A stretch of 64,000 bases of DNA from Alloascoidea hylecoeti. Taxonomy: Eukaryota. The DNA is taken from assembly GCA_001600815.1 (NCBI GenBank), contig BCKZ01000025.1, positions 62,001 to 126,000 of the forward strand, given 5' to 3'. Positions 1 to 11,388 of this stretch are shown one piece after another (positions within the stretch are counted from its first letter, which is position 1; each line of letters begins with the position of its first letter). The notes below the pieces were generated by a model. That model searched no databases. It was not told where the DNA came from and saw only the letters and a program-made list of their open reading frames with translations. The position numbers and the translations under genes were made by a program.

Positions 1-906
1 GCTTATAGGGCTATAAGTTATGCAATCTCTTTTGACGTTTTGAATAGTCTTATATCACTTATACTCAATTAAAGATACTATTAAATTACTACATTGTGAA
101 TACTTAGTAGAACTAAACTAAGGGAAATCTGATGCATTGATGCATATGGGTATTAGTATTTGCATTGTAGAGTATAGAGACCAAGTCCTCGAGTGATGAC
201 AATATTCCACTTGTTTGAATGAGATTAGAATGAAAATTAGATATTGATTCGTTTTTAGCTTAACTATCTTTGTTTAGCTCAAATTTGTTTATAATTACGT
301 TAGCTTTATCTTAATTGATTAATCGCAACTTTAGTTTTCCTTATTATAAATGAAGAAATTACATATTCTATAAAATTTAATAACATCTGAAGTATATAAG
401 TAATGGAACCAGAGTATTACATCATAATTAATATAATTGAATAGAACTTGTAGTTGATTGTATAACCATAACATATTAAACCCCAGCCAAACTTAAAAAT
501 CCACGGACAAGCTAATAACATCAAGGTTCATCATCTTTGGCCTAAGAAAGATGGTGAGTGACGAAAAAAGATAATGAGATATTAAAATTCTATTCGTCAT
601 TCATAATTATATTTTATTGTAGTTGTTTCCTATCCTCATTTGAATGCCTGATTCCATTGAATAATTAAAGTCCCTTTATTTTTATTTTTTGAGTTGTTGG
701 CGATTACAATTAGGATTGCGATACTATCATGAAGCTTGATCGTTGAACAAGAANAACTTCAATTAAGGTTTACGTAATGCCTACTTNATGAATTACCCGG
801 ACGCTATGTGCCAACACTACTCCTCCGGATCTCCAGAAATTCATCAAGAGATCTAAAATAATTGATTGATAATTCGCCACTACTCACACAAATAGTTCAC
901 AGAGTC

Positions 907-2935
907 ATGTCAGGTCGATCCTATACAGATAGGTTTAGAACTGATGACGACGCTCCCGTCAATTACCCCAGGACTTCTACTACTTCTGGTGGCCACACAA
1001 ATGCTAGACTATTGAGATACATAGAAAAGGCATGCAATCCTACTTTTTATGAACCGAATTTAGCTCTAAANCTGGAGGTTGCTGATATGGTGAATTCGAA
1101 AAAGGGAACAAATTCGTAAGCTCATAAATGCAATTGAAGCTCTTTGCCTCCCTAAAGTTTATTGAAATATTAATGATGAAACTCTTATTTAGTCCCCGGG
1201 ATGCCGCCGTTGCAATCGTAAAGTTAATCAACAATCGGAATGCTCATACTGCGGTTCTAGCTGTGGCGGTATGTAATTGTTCCTTGAAACTATCCCGAAT
1301 TAAACACTGACAGATTTATAGCTTCTTGATATATGCGTAAAGAATTGTGGTTATCCTTTTCATCTTCAAATCTCTAGGAAGGAATTTTTAAATGACTTAG
1401 TTAAGAGATTCCCAGAAAGACCTCCTCCAACTTATTCTCGTATCCAAGCTCTAATATTGGAGGCAATTGAAGAATGGACTCAGACAATTTGTAGGACTAG
1501 TCGTTTTAAAGACGATTTAGGGTATATTAGAGATATGCATAGATTGTTGTCTAATAAAGGCTATATATTCCCAGAAATCAACAAAGATGATGCAGCTGTT
1601 TTGAATCCTTCAGAAAGTTTGAAATCTGCCGCTGAAATTGAAGCTGAAGAGCGTGAGGCACAATCAGCAAAATTACAAGAATTAATCCGAAGAGGGAAAC
1701 CAGCAGATTTGAGAGAGGCCAACAAATTGATGAAGATTATGACAGGTGCTGCTAAAAGTACTACAGATGCGAGAGCAGTGGTTGCGGAGGATTTGGATAA
1801 AATCCGTAGGAAATCAGATGTTTTTGCAGAAATGCTTGAAGCAATTAAGGAAGGAGATGATATCGGACGAAATGATACACTAAGCGAGTTATATTCTTCT
1901 TTGAAATCAGCTTCTCCTAAAATTGAAAAGATTTTGTTAGAAGAAAAACAAGATGAAGAAGCGGTTGCCAAACTTTTGGCTCTTAATGACCGTATCCATT
2001 CACTTCTACAAAAGTATGATTTATTGAAACAAAAAGACTTTCAAAGTGCTAAAGCAGTTGATACCGGCAAGAAAAGTGAAGAATCTTCCGCAGGTACTTC
2101 AAAACAAGTTGAAAGCATGAATCTGATAGATTTTGATGATGATGTTACAAGTTCAGATGTTAACACAAGTACAACTAAACAGGATTCAGCCAACGATTTG
2201 CTAGGTGATTTAAGTAGTCTTTCATTTGGCCCATCTTATGGCCAAGGAGGGAGCATAACACTTAGTCGGACAGCATCACCATTTACCCCAGCAAACGCTC
2301 CATCCGCCAGTGGGAGCAACGATTTACTCTCTGGTTTGGGTTCTTTAGGATCAAATCCAACCATTAGTACTCCACCATCTGCTCCAACTACAAATTATGA
2401 TGCATTTGCTTCACTTGGTAACTCATTTTCCTCGATACAACGATCAAAATCTCCACAATCCCCATTAAGTACAAGCACTCCAGTTGCTTCTATCACTCCT
2501 AAGCCCCAAGCTATTGCCAACACTGCGGATGATGAATGGGGAGTTTTCACAAACTCTGCTCCAAACTCAATATCCAATCCACCCAAAACAATTACTATTC
2601 ATTCATCTCGTTTAAAAATTGAGTTTGACGTTACTAGAGAAACCGATAATACTATTCANATTGAAGTTTTATTTTCCAACACTGATTTCCAACATTCTAT
2701 CGAAAACCTTGCTTTTCAAGTAGCTGTTCCAAAAGCCTTTAAATTAAGACTGAAACCTCAAAGTGCTACAACTATTCAAGCTAATACTACAAGAGGAATT
2801 ATACAAACTTTGCACGTGGATAATGTTGTTAAAGATCAAGGAAACAATCCAAAAGTTAGATGGAGAGTTAGTTATAATGTTGGTGGTAGTCCGATTACAG
2901 AAGATGGAACTGTTACAAATTTACCCACAGTGTGA
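907..2935 (+). CDS. GGA2: Golgi-localised gamma-ear-containing ARF-binding clathrin adaptor (VHS-GAT-GAE); exons 907-1115, 1193-1268, 1322-2935
   Basis: Introns GTAAGC..TAG (1116-1192) and GTATGT..CACTGAC..TAG (1269-1321) join the VHS motifs RYIEKACNP, SPRDAAVAIVKLIN and LLDICVKNCGYPFHLQISRKEFLNDLVKRFPERPP. GAT region AKLQELIRRGKPADLREANKLMKIM, LIDFDD clathrin box, C-terminal GAE (FQVAVPKAFKLRLKPQS). Confidence 0.93.
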
Positions 2936-3061
2936 TAATTTAAATTATATGTAACTAAATATTTTATATACTCATTTATCTTACCGAATCCATTTATCCT
3001 TAAAAAAATATCAATTAACATAACTTACGTAAAATGACATAAAATACACAATAATCGGTGA

Positions 3062-3515
3062 TAATTAGTGACTATTGAATCAAAGAATGGTAAAACCCTA
3101 AGTGCTCTCGGAGATATGTAGATTCAGAAACCTTTGAAGCATCTAGTTGCGGTGTGGCATTCCTCATTAATGGAGACACCACCGTGACTTTGGAATTTCT
3201 GTAACTGTTGATGAGGTTGTAGCTTGAGTTCTCTGTTTCTGATCTAGATTAGAATCGGGTGGACTACTAACCACCAATTTTTGCGGTATTCGTAGCGGTC
3301 TCAACTGTCTGATGACCATGGAGCCTTTGTTGCAACTGTATGACTTAACCTTTTGGTAAATTAGAATCCTTTCGTTGAATTTGTTTTACAATCGCCGTAA
3401 CCTGGAGTGCGATATACATTTTCTTCCTCGAAGTATTATTATTTGCTCCGACAAGAGATGCTACTCTTATTTGACTCCAATCCATATAATCAACCGTTTG
3501 TTGTTGTTGATTAAA
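3062..3515 (-). pseudogene. Degenerate tandem duplicate of the EAF1 3' coding end (source ~3525-4170, polyQ block missing)
   Basis: Collinear similarity to EAF1 at DNA level. At protein level VGANNNTSRKKMYIALQVTAIVKQIQRKDSNLPK matches EAF1 VGANNATQMKKMYIPQQVTAIIAQIQQKHPNLPK. Contains frameshifts and stops. Confidence 0.9.
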
Positions 3516-3526
3516 CATTAATTGAA

Positions 3527-6500
3527 TTAAAGACAATTTGGTCTAGATAAAGGCGAAGCGCTAGGTGCTCTTGGAGATGCTGATGCAGAAGGAACCTTTG
3601 AACCATCTAACTGTGGTGTAGCATTCCTCATTATTGGAGATGCTGTTCGAGAGCCACTTTGATTTTGGAATTGCTGCAATTGTTGATGAGGTTGTAATCT
3701 TTGTTGTTTTAATAATTGTTGTTGAAACTGATTCCTTATTTGATATTGCTGCTGTTGTTGCTGTTGTTGTTGACGCTGTTGTTGCTGTTGACGTTGTTGC
3801 TGTTGTTGTAAATGAAGAGCCTGTTGCATAGCTTGAGTTCTCTGTTGTTGAGCTAAATTGGAATTAGGTGGACTACTACTAACCACAGATTTAGCAGCAT
3901 TCGTAGCAATTTCAGCAGCCTGTCGACTTTGAACTCTTTGTTGCAATTGTGTGATATATTTAGCAGCTAATTGTGAAACCTGTTCTTTTGGTAAATTAGG
4001 ATGTTTTTGTTGAATTTGGGCTATAATTGCTGTAACCTGTTGTGGAATATACATTTTCTTCATTTGTGTGGCATTATTAGCTCCAACAGGGGGTACTCCT
4101 CTTATTTGATTACTAACAGGAGAATTAACAGCTTGCCCCTGTTGTGCTTGCTGTTGTTGTTGTTGTTGTTGCCTTAACAATTGTCGATGGCGTTCAAGTT
4201 GAGCAAAATGTTGTAGCTGTTCAGCAGAAACTGGTGGTTGACCTACATTTAAGGAAGTTCCGGGGCCAATTGGGGTCTGTGGTCTAGAGGAAATACCATT
4301 AGCATTATTTCTATTCATTGGTGATTGATTTCTCATACTATTAAGATTAGGAATTTGATTATACGATGGAGTTCCTGGAACAGAAACAGGTTTTGATTGA
4401 TTTCCAACATTCATACTTGGAGCCTTTGTAACACCACCTGGAGATGGTCCAACACGACCTTGTGTTGAATTTGGAATTGAAGGAATACCAGGTGGTAATC
4501 TAGCACGAGGCATATTATTTGTAATCAATCCAGCTGCTAAATTTCTTTGATGAATATAGGCATCTTGTAAATCCTTATCACGCTTTAATTTTATTTTTGA
4601 AAGTTCCATTGGTGTTGGGATTTGTGATCTATCAATACTAGATACTTGGGATTTTCTTGTTTGTTGACTACTAGAATTTCTTGGAACGTTGCATTCTCTT
4701 TTCCTGATACATTTTCTCATTGCATCAAACATACTTGCCCAACGAAGATTTCGATGTCCTCGTTGTATAGATTCATTCCCCACACCCAATGGAGATATTC
4801 GTCGTTTTGTAGTTATTTGTGCTCTATTAGCAGCATCAAGCCATATTTGAGCCTCTTGAGCATATTGACCAGATATATCAGATAATCGAAAATTTTCATT
4901 AAGTTGAATAAAACGTTCAAAACATTGCCAAGGAGTTCGTCTTTCTATATTAGAACAATATCTTCTTGTAGGAGAAGCAGCCAAATGTGCAGATATTACC
5001 CCCCAATTTTGACTATAATCAACAGCTAATCTCCTTAATTGTTTATCATCTTCGGGTAACCAAATAGTAGGAGTTCTAAGATCTAAATACTTCAATGATG
5101 GAGGTTTTGGAGCAATCCATGAAAATTTCCTAAGAATAGGTGCAAAAAACATTCCTCTTTTTGATCCTCTATTTCGTATTTCTACATCATCTGGTGATTT
5201 CATTATTAAATGATACCAATCATGACTATCTTCAAGAGGTTGTAAAAATTTAGAAATTGCTACAAGTGGCATTCTTTCATATTCATCTCCTGGTAATTTA
5301 TCAGAATCTGCATCTTTAAAAGGTGTGTAAGTTGATAAGGTGTTGATAACACTTTGACTTTTTCTATCAAGATTATCAAATGATATACTTGTTTTGAAAG
5401 GTGATTGATCTATTGATTCCAAAGATCGTTCTTCATTTTCCTTTTTAATATCAACAGTCGGAAGTGTTTCTTGAGCATTTTTAGTCTGTTCTTCAGAAGA
5501 TATTGTCAATTCTTTTGGATTAATTGAATCTGAAATACTGACTGATGGTTGAACATGTCCATCTGTCATTTCAACGTCATCAATAAGATTACTAGTTGAC
5601 TCTGAGTCTAATTTTGGTACTATATCAGATTCAATTTTCATTTTTGTATCAATATTTGTATCATTATCCAATTTTAAAGGCAAATAAACGACAGGTTTTG
5701 TCTTTACAGTAGTTAATTTTTTCCCATAAATCCAATATTCTTTAACAGCATTAGCGATTTCTAAACATACACCAATTTTAAATTTTCTTTCTTCTTTAAA
5801 ATCAGTACACATCCATTTCATTTCTAATAATAAATTATCCCAATGACATCTTTTTTTTAAAGGATCATTAAATTTTTTAGGTTGTCTTAAACTCCATTTA
5901 CCAGATCTTTTTAATTCTTCAATTCTTGATTGGACAACTGATAATTTTCCTTCTGCAAATGCAACTTCAAAATTTTCAGTTTGAAGAACTTTTGGTGGAC
6001 TTGCTAATAATCTTGAAACTGCTAAAGTTTGAATATGAAGTTGTAATTCTGCTAATGGTCGAATATCATCTGCTTTTGGTCTCATGTTTTCAGGAATTAA
6101 ATATAATAACATTTCTGATAAGTTTGCATCAGGATCATTTTTGGTTATTTGTTCTATGTTACAACCAGGATTGGGTACTTTTTTAACTTCTTTTTCATTA
6201 ATCATACTACGTTTATGAATTAAATTTGAATCATTAAGATTAACATTAACATTAGCAGATGGTGAAGTTGAAGTTGAAGTTGATGGGGTATTATTGGATT
6301 CAATATTCTTTGGTATATTTGCAATTGATCCTTGACTCACCGTACTTTTTTCTGTTGATATTTGTGGTTTGGTAGGTATTCCTGTAGATACACTAGGAGA
6401 TAATGAATCATTTAATCGTTGTTTCTTCGATGGTGATTCAACTTGAGTTGTATCAGTAGAATTTACTTTTTGATTTTCAACCGCTGAAACATTTGAATTT

Positions 6501-7154
6501 CCAATTTCCTTCTTTTCAACTTTTTGTGGGGTTGATGTTGAAGTTTTAATGGAAGGTTTTAAAGTATCATCTTGTAAACTTTTAGAATCAGATTGTTGAG
6601 GACTCTGTGTTGAACTAGCTAAAGGTTGAACTTGTTTTTGTTTTTGTTTTTGAATTTGCGGTTGAGATTGAGATTGAGATTGAGATTGAGATTGAGATTG
6701 AGATTGAGATTGAGATTGAGATTGAGATTGAGATTGAGATCGGTTATCTATAATTTGTGATTGTGATTGTAATTGAGCCTGTAAAGATAATTTCTTCTGT
6801 TGTTGTTGAGAAACACGTCTTGGAATTAAATTATCCCTTTGANGCATTTTATTTACTGATTCTTCTACCGGTATATCATTTTCATTAAATAAATGACCAC
6901 TATCAAACACAAAACCACATATTAATAAAACTCCAAAAAAAAAAAAAAAAAAGTAAGCATAAAATCCACTTTTATATATAATTACCTTTCTAAATCATTC
7001 TTTTCTAAAAACGCCATAACATCTTCTTCATAATATTTAATCATTTCATCAGTTAATGGTAATTGAGGACGTCTTGATATATAATAAAGTTCAGATAGTT
7101 TTCTTTTTCGACTTTTAAGAATATCACTAGAATAAAAAATAAAATAAAATAAAA

Positions 7155-7185
<31 letters not shown>

Positions 7186-7457
7186 AAATTAGTATCCAAA
7201 TCCAAATCAATATGATAAATAAAAGAAAAAAATAAAAATAAAAATAAAAAAAAAATTAATAAATATAAAAAAACATACTCGCATTGCTGTTTTCTCTGTT
7301 CAATCGATTCTAATCGAATCCTATCCATATTTCTCTACAAACAAAAAAACCATATTAACATCATCATCAAAAACATCTTTCTTAATACCATCCATCCATA
7401 AAAACCCATTTTTTACCAAAAAAAACATACAGTCATGGCGTAAACAGTATCATTCAT
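3527..7457 (-). CDS. EAF1: NuA4 scaffold subunit Eaf1/Vid21 (HSA + SANT/Myb, polyQ C-terminus); exons 7457(or 7436)-7431, 7334-7279, 7126-6986, 6899-3527
   Basis: RIEELKRSGKWSLRQPKK..HWDNLLLEMKWM HSA region; PTIWLPEDDKQL..NIERRTPWQCFERF SANT region. The spliced N-terminus gives SRKRKLSELYY through GTATGT/GTAATT donors. Confidence 0.92.
6663..6740. repeat. (TGAGAT)n hexamer microsatellite encoding an SQ repeat in EAF1
   Basis: About 12 perfect copies visible in the sequence. Confidence 0.95.
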
Positions 7458-7761
7458 AATATTACAAAATTAGAAAAATAAGAGAGTGAAGCAAAAAATG
7501 AAAATTACATAACTGTAGCAACATCCTTGTGCTTTACTAGCGGGGATACATCCTTACATCTATCTGTTATTCTTTTGGGCCGATTCATTGTTTTTTTTTT
7601 TTTTTTTTATTTATAAAATATGCCTATGGTTTAAAACAATTTACAAATATTAAAAACATTAAAAACATTTATTTATTTATTTATTTATTTATTTATTTGT
7701 TTATTTGTTTATTCTATTTTATTTTTTATATTTATTGACTATTTTATGAACAAAGAACAAT

Positions 7762-9783
7762 ATGACCGATATTCAAGAACAATGTAATTTAATTCTTGAT
7801 GATGATTCATTATTAGAAGAAGATAAAATTGATAAAATTGAAAATATTGTTAAAAAATTTTATAATTATAAAGGAAAAATATTAGAAAGAGTTATTCTTG
7901 ATATTTTATGGAGACATAGAGATCCTGAATTAGCAAATGAAACAAAATTAAAAACAAATAAATTTTATAATCAAAAAAATGTTAAAATTATTAAAGTTGA
8001 AACAAAAATAAATACTTGGGTTAATATACCTGATGCTTCAAAAAGACTTGAATTAGATAAACAATTTAAAGAAGCTGAGGAGGAAGCTCAGAAGGAACGG
8101 GAAAGGAGTCGAAATCATCATAATCATAATCATAATCATAATTATNATCAAGAACAACATGAAGAAGCTACAGAACAGCCTAAATTTGAAGTACTTGACA
8201 CACAACCGCAACTGCAACAACCCCAAGATAAAGATGGTGAATATAAATATATGATTGAACCGCATACATCAACACCATTTGAAATATTAAAAAAAATTGT
8301 TAAAAATACAAGTGAAGCAGATATTATGAATGGATTACGAATTAATGATTTTGATGTTATGGCTACTGTTTCTTATCTTATGAAGGCTGAAAAGAATAAG
8401 AAAAAGATGAGTGGAAGTGGAANTGAAAATGTAGATGGANAAGTTAAAAATAATGAAAAAAAGGAACAACAAGAAACATCACAAGCATCGAAACAGGAAT
8501 CGACACAAGAATCAAAAAAACTATCAAAACAAATATTAAACGAAAACAAACCCAGTAGAACCAAACTTCTAAATCCAAACAATGAAAATGAAAATGAAAG
8601 TGAAAGTGAAAATGAAAATGAAAATGAAAATGAAAATGAAAATGAAAATGAAAACGAAAGTGAAGAAGATAAACTTAGCCCATTTGATCCAAACCAACAT
8701 CACATTAAATTATGTTCATATTTTTTAAAATATGGAGAATGTTTAAGATCAGATTGTAAATTTAGTCATGATTTATCAAGTAGAGTATGTCGATATTGGT
8801 TAAAAGGTCACTGTGTTGCAGGAGATTCATGTTTATTTTTACATCAATTACCTGATTCATTAATGGATTTAAAATTAAAATCATTGGATATAAATTCCAA
8901 TAAAAAAGAAAAACCAAATGATGATGAATTTCCAACACTTGGAAAAATAAATAAAAAAAATGGGAAATTAAATGGAAAAAAAGTTAAAAATAAAAATATT
9001 AATGAATTTCCAACATTTGGAGAAAGTATTAAAACTAAAATAATTGGAGAAGTGAAAAATGATAAAAAACAAACTAAATTTAAATTTGATGCATCAAAAA
9101 GTTTTGTCCCAAGTTTTTCAAGTTTTTCACCAACATTATCAACTTCAACACCATCATCAACATCAACAACTCCAACAATAACAACCCCTTCACTAAATAC
9201 CACAAAACCCCATGCAATAACGATAACCCGACCCCGTATAATCCGAAAACCACAATTTATTCCATGGGAATTAACCCCAGAATCACCAGAAATTATTATC
9301 AAAATTATAAAAGATTTAAATAATGCTTTTAAATATGAAGAATTACGTAAAAAAAATGCAAAATTATCAACGACATCATGGCATCAAAATCAATCAGAAC
9401 AAGCTAAAAAATTAAGTGATAAATCATTTCAATTTAAAGAAAAATATTATGATTCATTACAAAAATGTAATGATTTATTTTATAATTTTTCAAAATTAAA
9501 TTTTTTAAAAAATGATTTTTTTATTGTATGTCATGGATTATATTATGATGATGTTATTGATTTAATTATTGAAACATTAGAAATTTTTGAAAAAAATTTT
9601 AAAAAAGAAGATGAGAAATTTTTATATGCAATTGTTCCAAGTATTGGTACGGCAGATCATAAAAAAATTGGTAAACCATTAGGGATTTGGCTTGATGATA
9701 AAGGGTATAAATGGGAAACATTTACATGTGGGAATACAAAGTATGGGAATATTATTGGGATTGATGTTTTTACACATTTTTAA
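7762..9783 (+). CDS. Tandem CCCH zinc-finger protein with UBA/CUE-like segment and degenerate C-terminal Smr-like domain
   Basis: CSYFLKYGECLRSDCKFSH and CRYWLKGHCVAGDSCLFLH fingers; DIMNGLRINDFDVMATVSYL UBA/CUE-like; FIVCHGL..FLYAIV Smr-like. Confidence 0.75.
   Translation: MTDIQEQCNLILDDDSLLEEDKIDKIENIVKKFYNYKGKILERVILDILWRHRDPELANETKLKTNKFYNQKNVKIIKVETKINTWVNIPDASKRLELDKQFKEAEEEAQKERERSRNHHNHNHNHNYXQEQHEEATEQPKFEVLDTQPQLQQPQDKDGEYKYMIEPHTSTPFEILKKIVKNTSEADIMNGLRINDFDVMATVSYLMKAEKNKKKMSGSGXENVDGXVKNNEKKEQQETSQASKQESTQESKKLSKQILNENKPSRTKLLNPNNENENESESENENENENENENENENESEEDKLSPFDPNQHHIKLCSYFLKYGECLRSDCKFSHDLSSRVCRYWLKGHCVAGDSCLFLHQLPDSLMDLKLKSLDINSNKKEKPNDDEFPTLGKINKKNGKLNGKKVKNKNINEFPTFGESIKTKIIGEVKNDKKQTKFKFDASKSFVPSFSSFSPTLSTSTPSSTSTTPTITTPSLNTTKPHAITITRPRIIRKPQFIPWELTPESPEIIIKIIKDLNNAFKYEELRKKNAKLSTTSWHQNQSEQAKKLSDKSFQFKEKYYDSLQKCNDLFYNFSKLNFLKNDFFIVCHGLYYDDVIDLIIETLEIFEKNFKKEDEKFLYAIVPSIGTADHKKIGKPLGIWLDDKGYKWETFTCGNTKYGNIIGIDVFTHF
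8581..8658. repeat. (GAAAAT)n microsatellite encoding an EN repeat
   Basis: Direct observation within the CCCH gene. Confidence 0.9.
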
Positions 9784-10046
9784 AGTAAAAAAAAGAAAAA
9801 AGAAATGACATTGATTAAGGATGATTGAAAAAGAGCACAGATATCTTTTTTTATTTAAATACGTTTTTAATAGTACAATTTTAATTTATATATTAAGCTT
9901 GAGTTAATCTAGTTCTATATACCATTATCATAAACATACATTTCATAAACATTTTGAGCATATAAAAATAAAAATAAAAATAAAAATAAAAATAAAAATA
10001 AAAATAAGAATAAGAATAAGAATAAATATAAGAAAAAAGTTTTAAA

Positions 10047-11255
10047 TTAAGTTTGTTTTATCAATCTTTTCCTTAATGTTGAATCAACATGTATAACACT
10101 TGAAGTATTAATATTATTATCAGTTGCAGTAGTACCAGTTATAATATTAACAGCAACCAATTCAGCAACTCTAACCCATCTTCTTCTTCTTGTATGTCTA
10201 CTAAAAGAATCAGTTTTAAAAGAATTTCCCCAATTATTATTATAATAAATCCATCCATCATCATCTTTTGGATCCATTGTAAATAAAGAAGATTTTGATT
10301 TTAATTTTAAATTACCATTATTTGATAAATCTAAAAACCAATTTTCATCGATCCATTTCCATTGAATATTTGAATTTGGAATTATCGGTAATTTAAAATT
10401 TTCAATAGATTCACTTGGATTACAATATTCATCAGTCCATGATTCTCTTTCATAGGGTAATAAATTATCGGTCCATCCAATACCTAACCATTTTCTTTGA
10501 TTTTCAAATATAACGTGAGTTATTGTGACTCTTTTATCAATTGGTTCAATGATAGCCAAAGGATTTGACAATTCATTTAACAGAGTTTTTTTATTATCAG
10601 GAGACTGTAATTGAGATTCAGTTATTGATATTGAAGATTCAATATGGTTTGGATGCAACGAATCCAAGCCAGTCAAATAGAAAACCAGCAAACGGATTGT
10701 TCTTGAACGCCATAGTAACACTCTCGCAACTCTTGAATACAAAGAGTTGTAGGACAGTATAAAAGAGCCGAGCAGAATCAAAGAGATTCTCGGAGTCAGC
10801 AGAAAGTGGAAAGTCAAGATGTAGATCGGAGACAAAATAACAGTTGTCAGAGTAAAACGCCTCCAGTCGCGTCTGGTCAGTTGGGCCAATTGCGCGCAGG
10901 GAGCGAGCAGGAAGTCAGTTTTGGCAGCGACGTCGGAAATGACGGTTATGAGGTCGTCGGGCGTGGGGGGCTGCACGTGCAGCTTGGGGTGGAGGGCGGC
11001 CAGCAGAAACAGCAGCCCCAGCAGGATCAGATGGCCGAGGCAGGTGGCCAGGCGCTCCCAGTAGAGCAGCGCGGAGACGTACGCAGCGATGGCCAGCACG
11101 CCCGTGTAGGGGTTGGGGCCGGTCCACGCGAGCACGTCCAGCAGGCGGTCGGCCAGCAGCAGGTACGGATACAGCGCGGCCAGCGCGCGCGTGAGGGCCG
11201 GGGGCGTGTTGTCCGTGTTCCTGCTGTCCGCGAAGACGGCGTGGGTGTACTCCAT
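10047..11255 (-). CDS. PEX30: Pex30/Pex31-family peroxin (reticulon-like region + dysferlin domain); alternative in-frame ATG at 11300
   Basis: LYPYLLLADRLLDVLAW, LLWRSRTIR, FENQRKWLGIGWT, WKWIDENW, GWIYYNNNW..FSRHTRRRRWVRVAEL. Confidence 0.85.
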   Translation of the reverse strand: MEYTHAVFADSRNTDNTPPALTRALAALYPYLLLADRLLDVLAWTGPNPYTGVLAIAAYVSALLYWERLATCLGHLILLGLLFLLAALHPKLHVQPPTPDDLITVISDVAAKTDFLLAPCAQLAQLTRRDWRRFTLTTVILSPIYILTFHFLLTPRISLILLGSFILSYNSLYSRVARVLLWRSRTIRLLVFYLTGLDSLHPNHIESSISITESQLQSPDNKKTLLNELSNPLAIIEPIDKRVTITHVIFENQRKWLGIGWTDNLLPYERESWTDEYCNPSESIENFKLPIIPNSNIQWKWIDENWFLDLSNNGNLKLKSKSSLFTMDPKDDDGWIYYNNNWGNSFKTDSFSRHTRRRRWVRVAELVAVNIITGTTATDNNINTSSVIHVDSTLRKRLIKQT

Positions 11256-11266
11256 TGTTGGTGGCA

Positions 11267-11289
11267 GGGTGGGAGGGTGGGAGGGTGGG
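11267..11289 (+). other. Putative G-quadruplex motif GGGTGGGAGGGTGGGAGGGTGGG
   Basis: Six GGG tracts separated by single-nucleotide loops. Confidence 0.75.
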
Positions 11290-11298
11290 AAAGTGAAC

Positions 11299-11388
11299 AT
11301 GACACGTTACTCAGCGATGACTAAGCGATGACTAAACTATGACTCAGCTATGACTCAGCTATGACTGGTGACTAATCCATGACTAAAC
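11299..11388. repeat. 11-bp-period tandem array of ATGACT(C/A)A units (AP-1/Gcn4/Yap-like sites) filling the BCP1-PEX30 spacer
   Basis: ttactcagcg atgactaagcg atgactaaact atgactcagct atgactcagct atgactggtgactaatcc atgactaaacc. Confidence 0.9.

Noticed and set aside
10900..11200. Possible CUG codon reassignment
   Set aside because: CTG occupies conserved hydrophobic Leu positions (YPYLLLADRLL), supporting the standard code.
11299..11388. CRISPR-like array
   Set aside because: 11-bp units without unique spacers, eukaryotic context, no cas genes.
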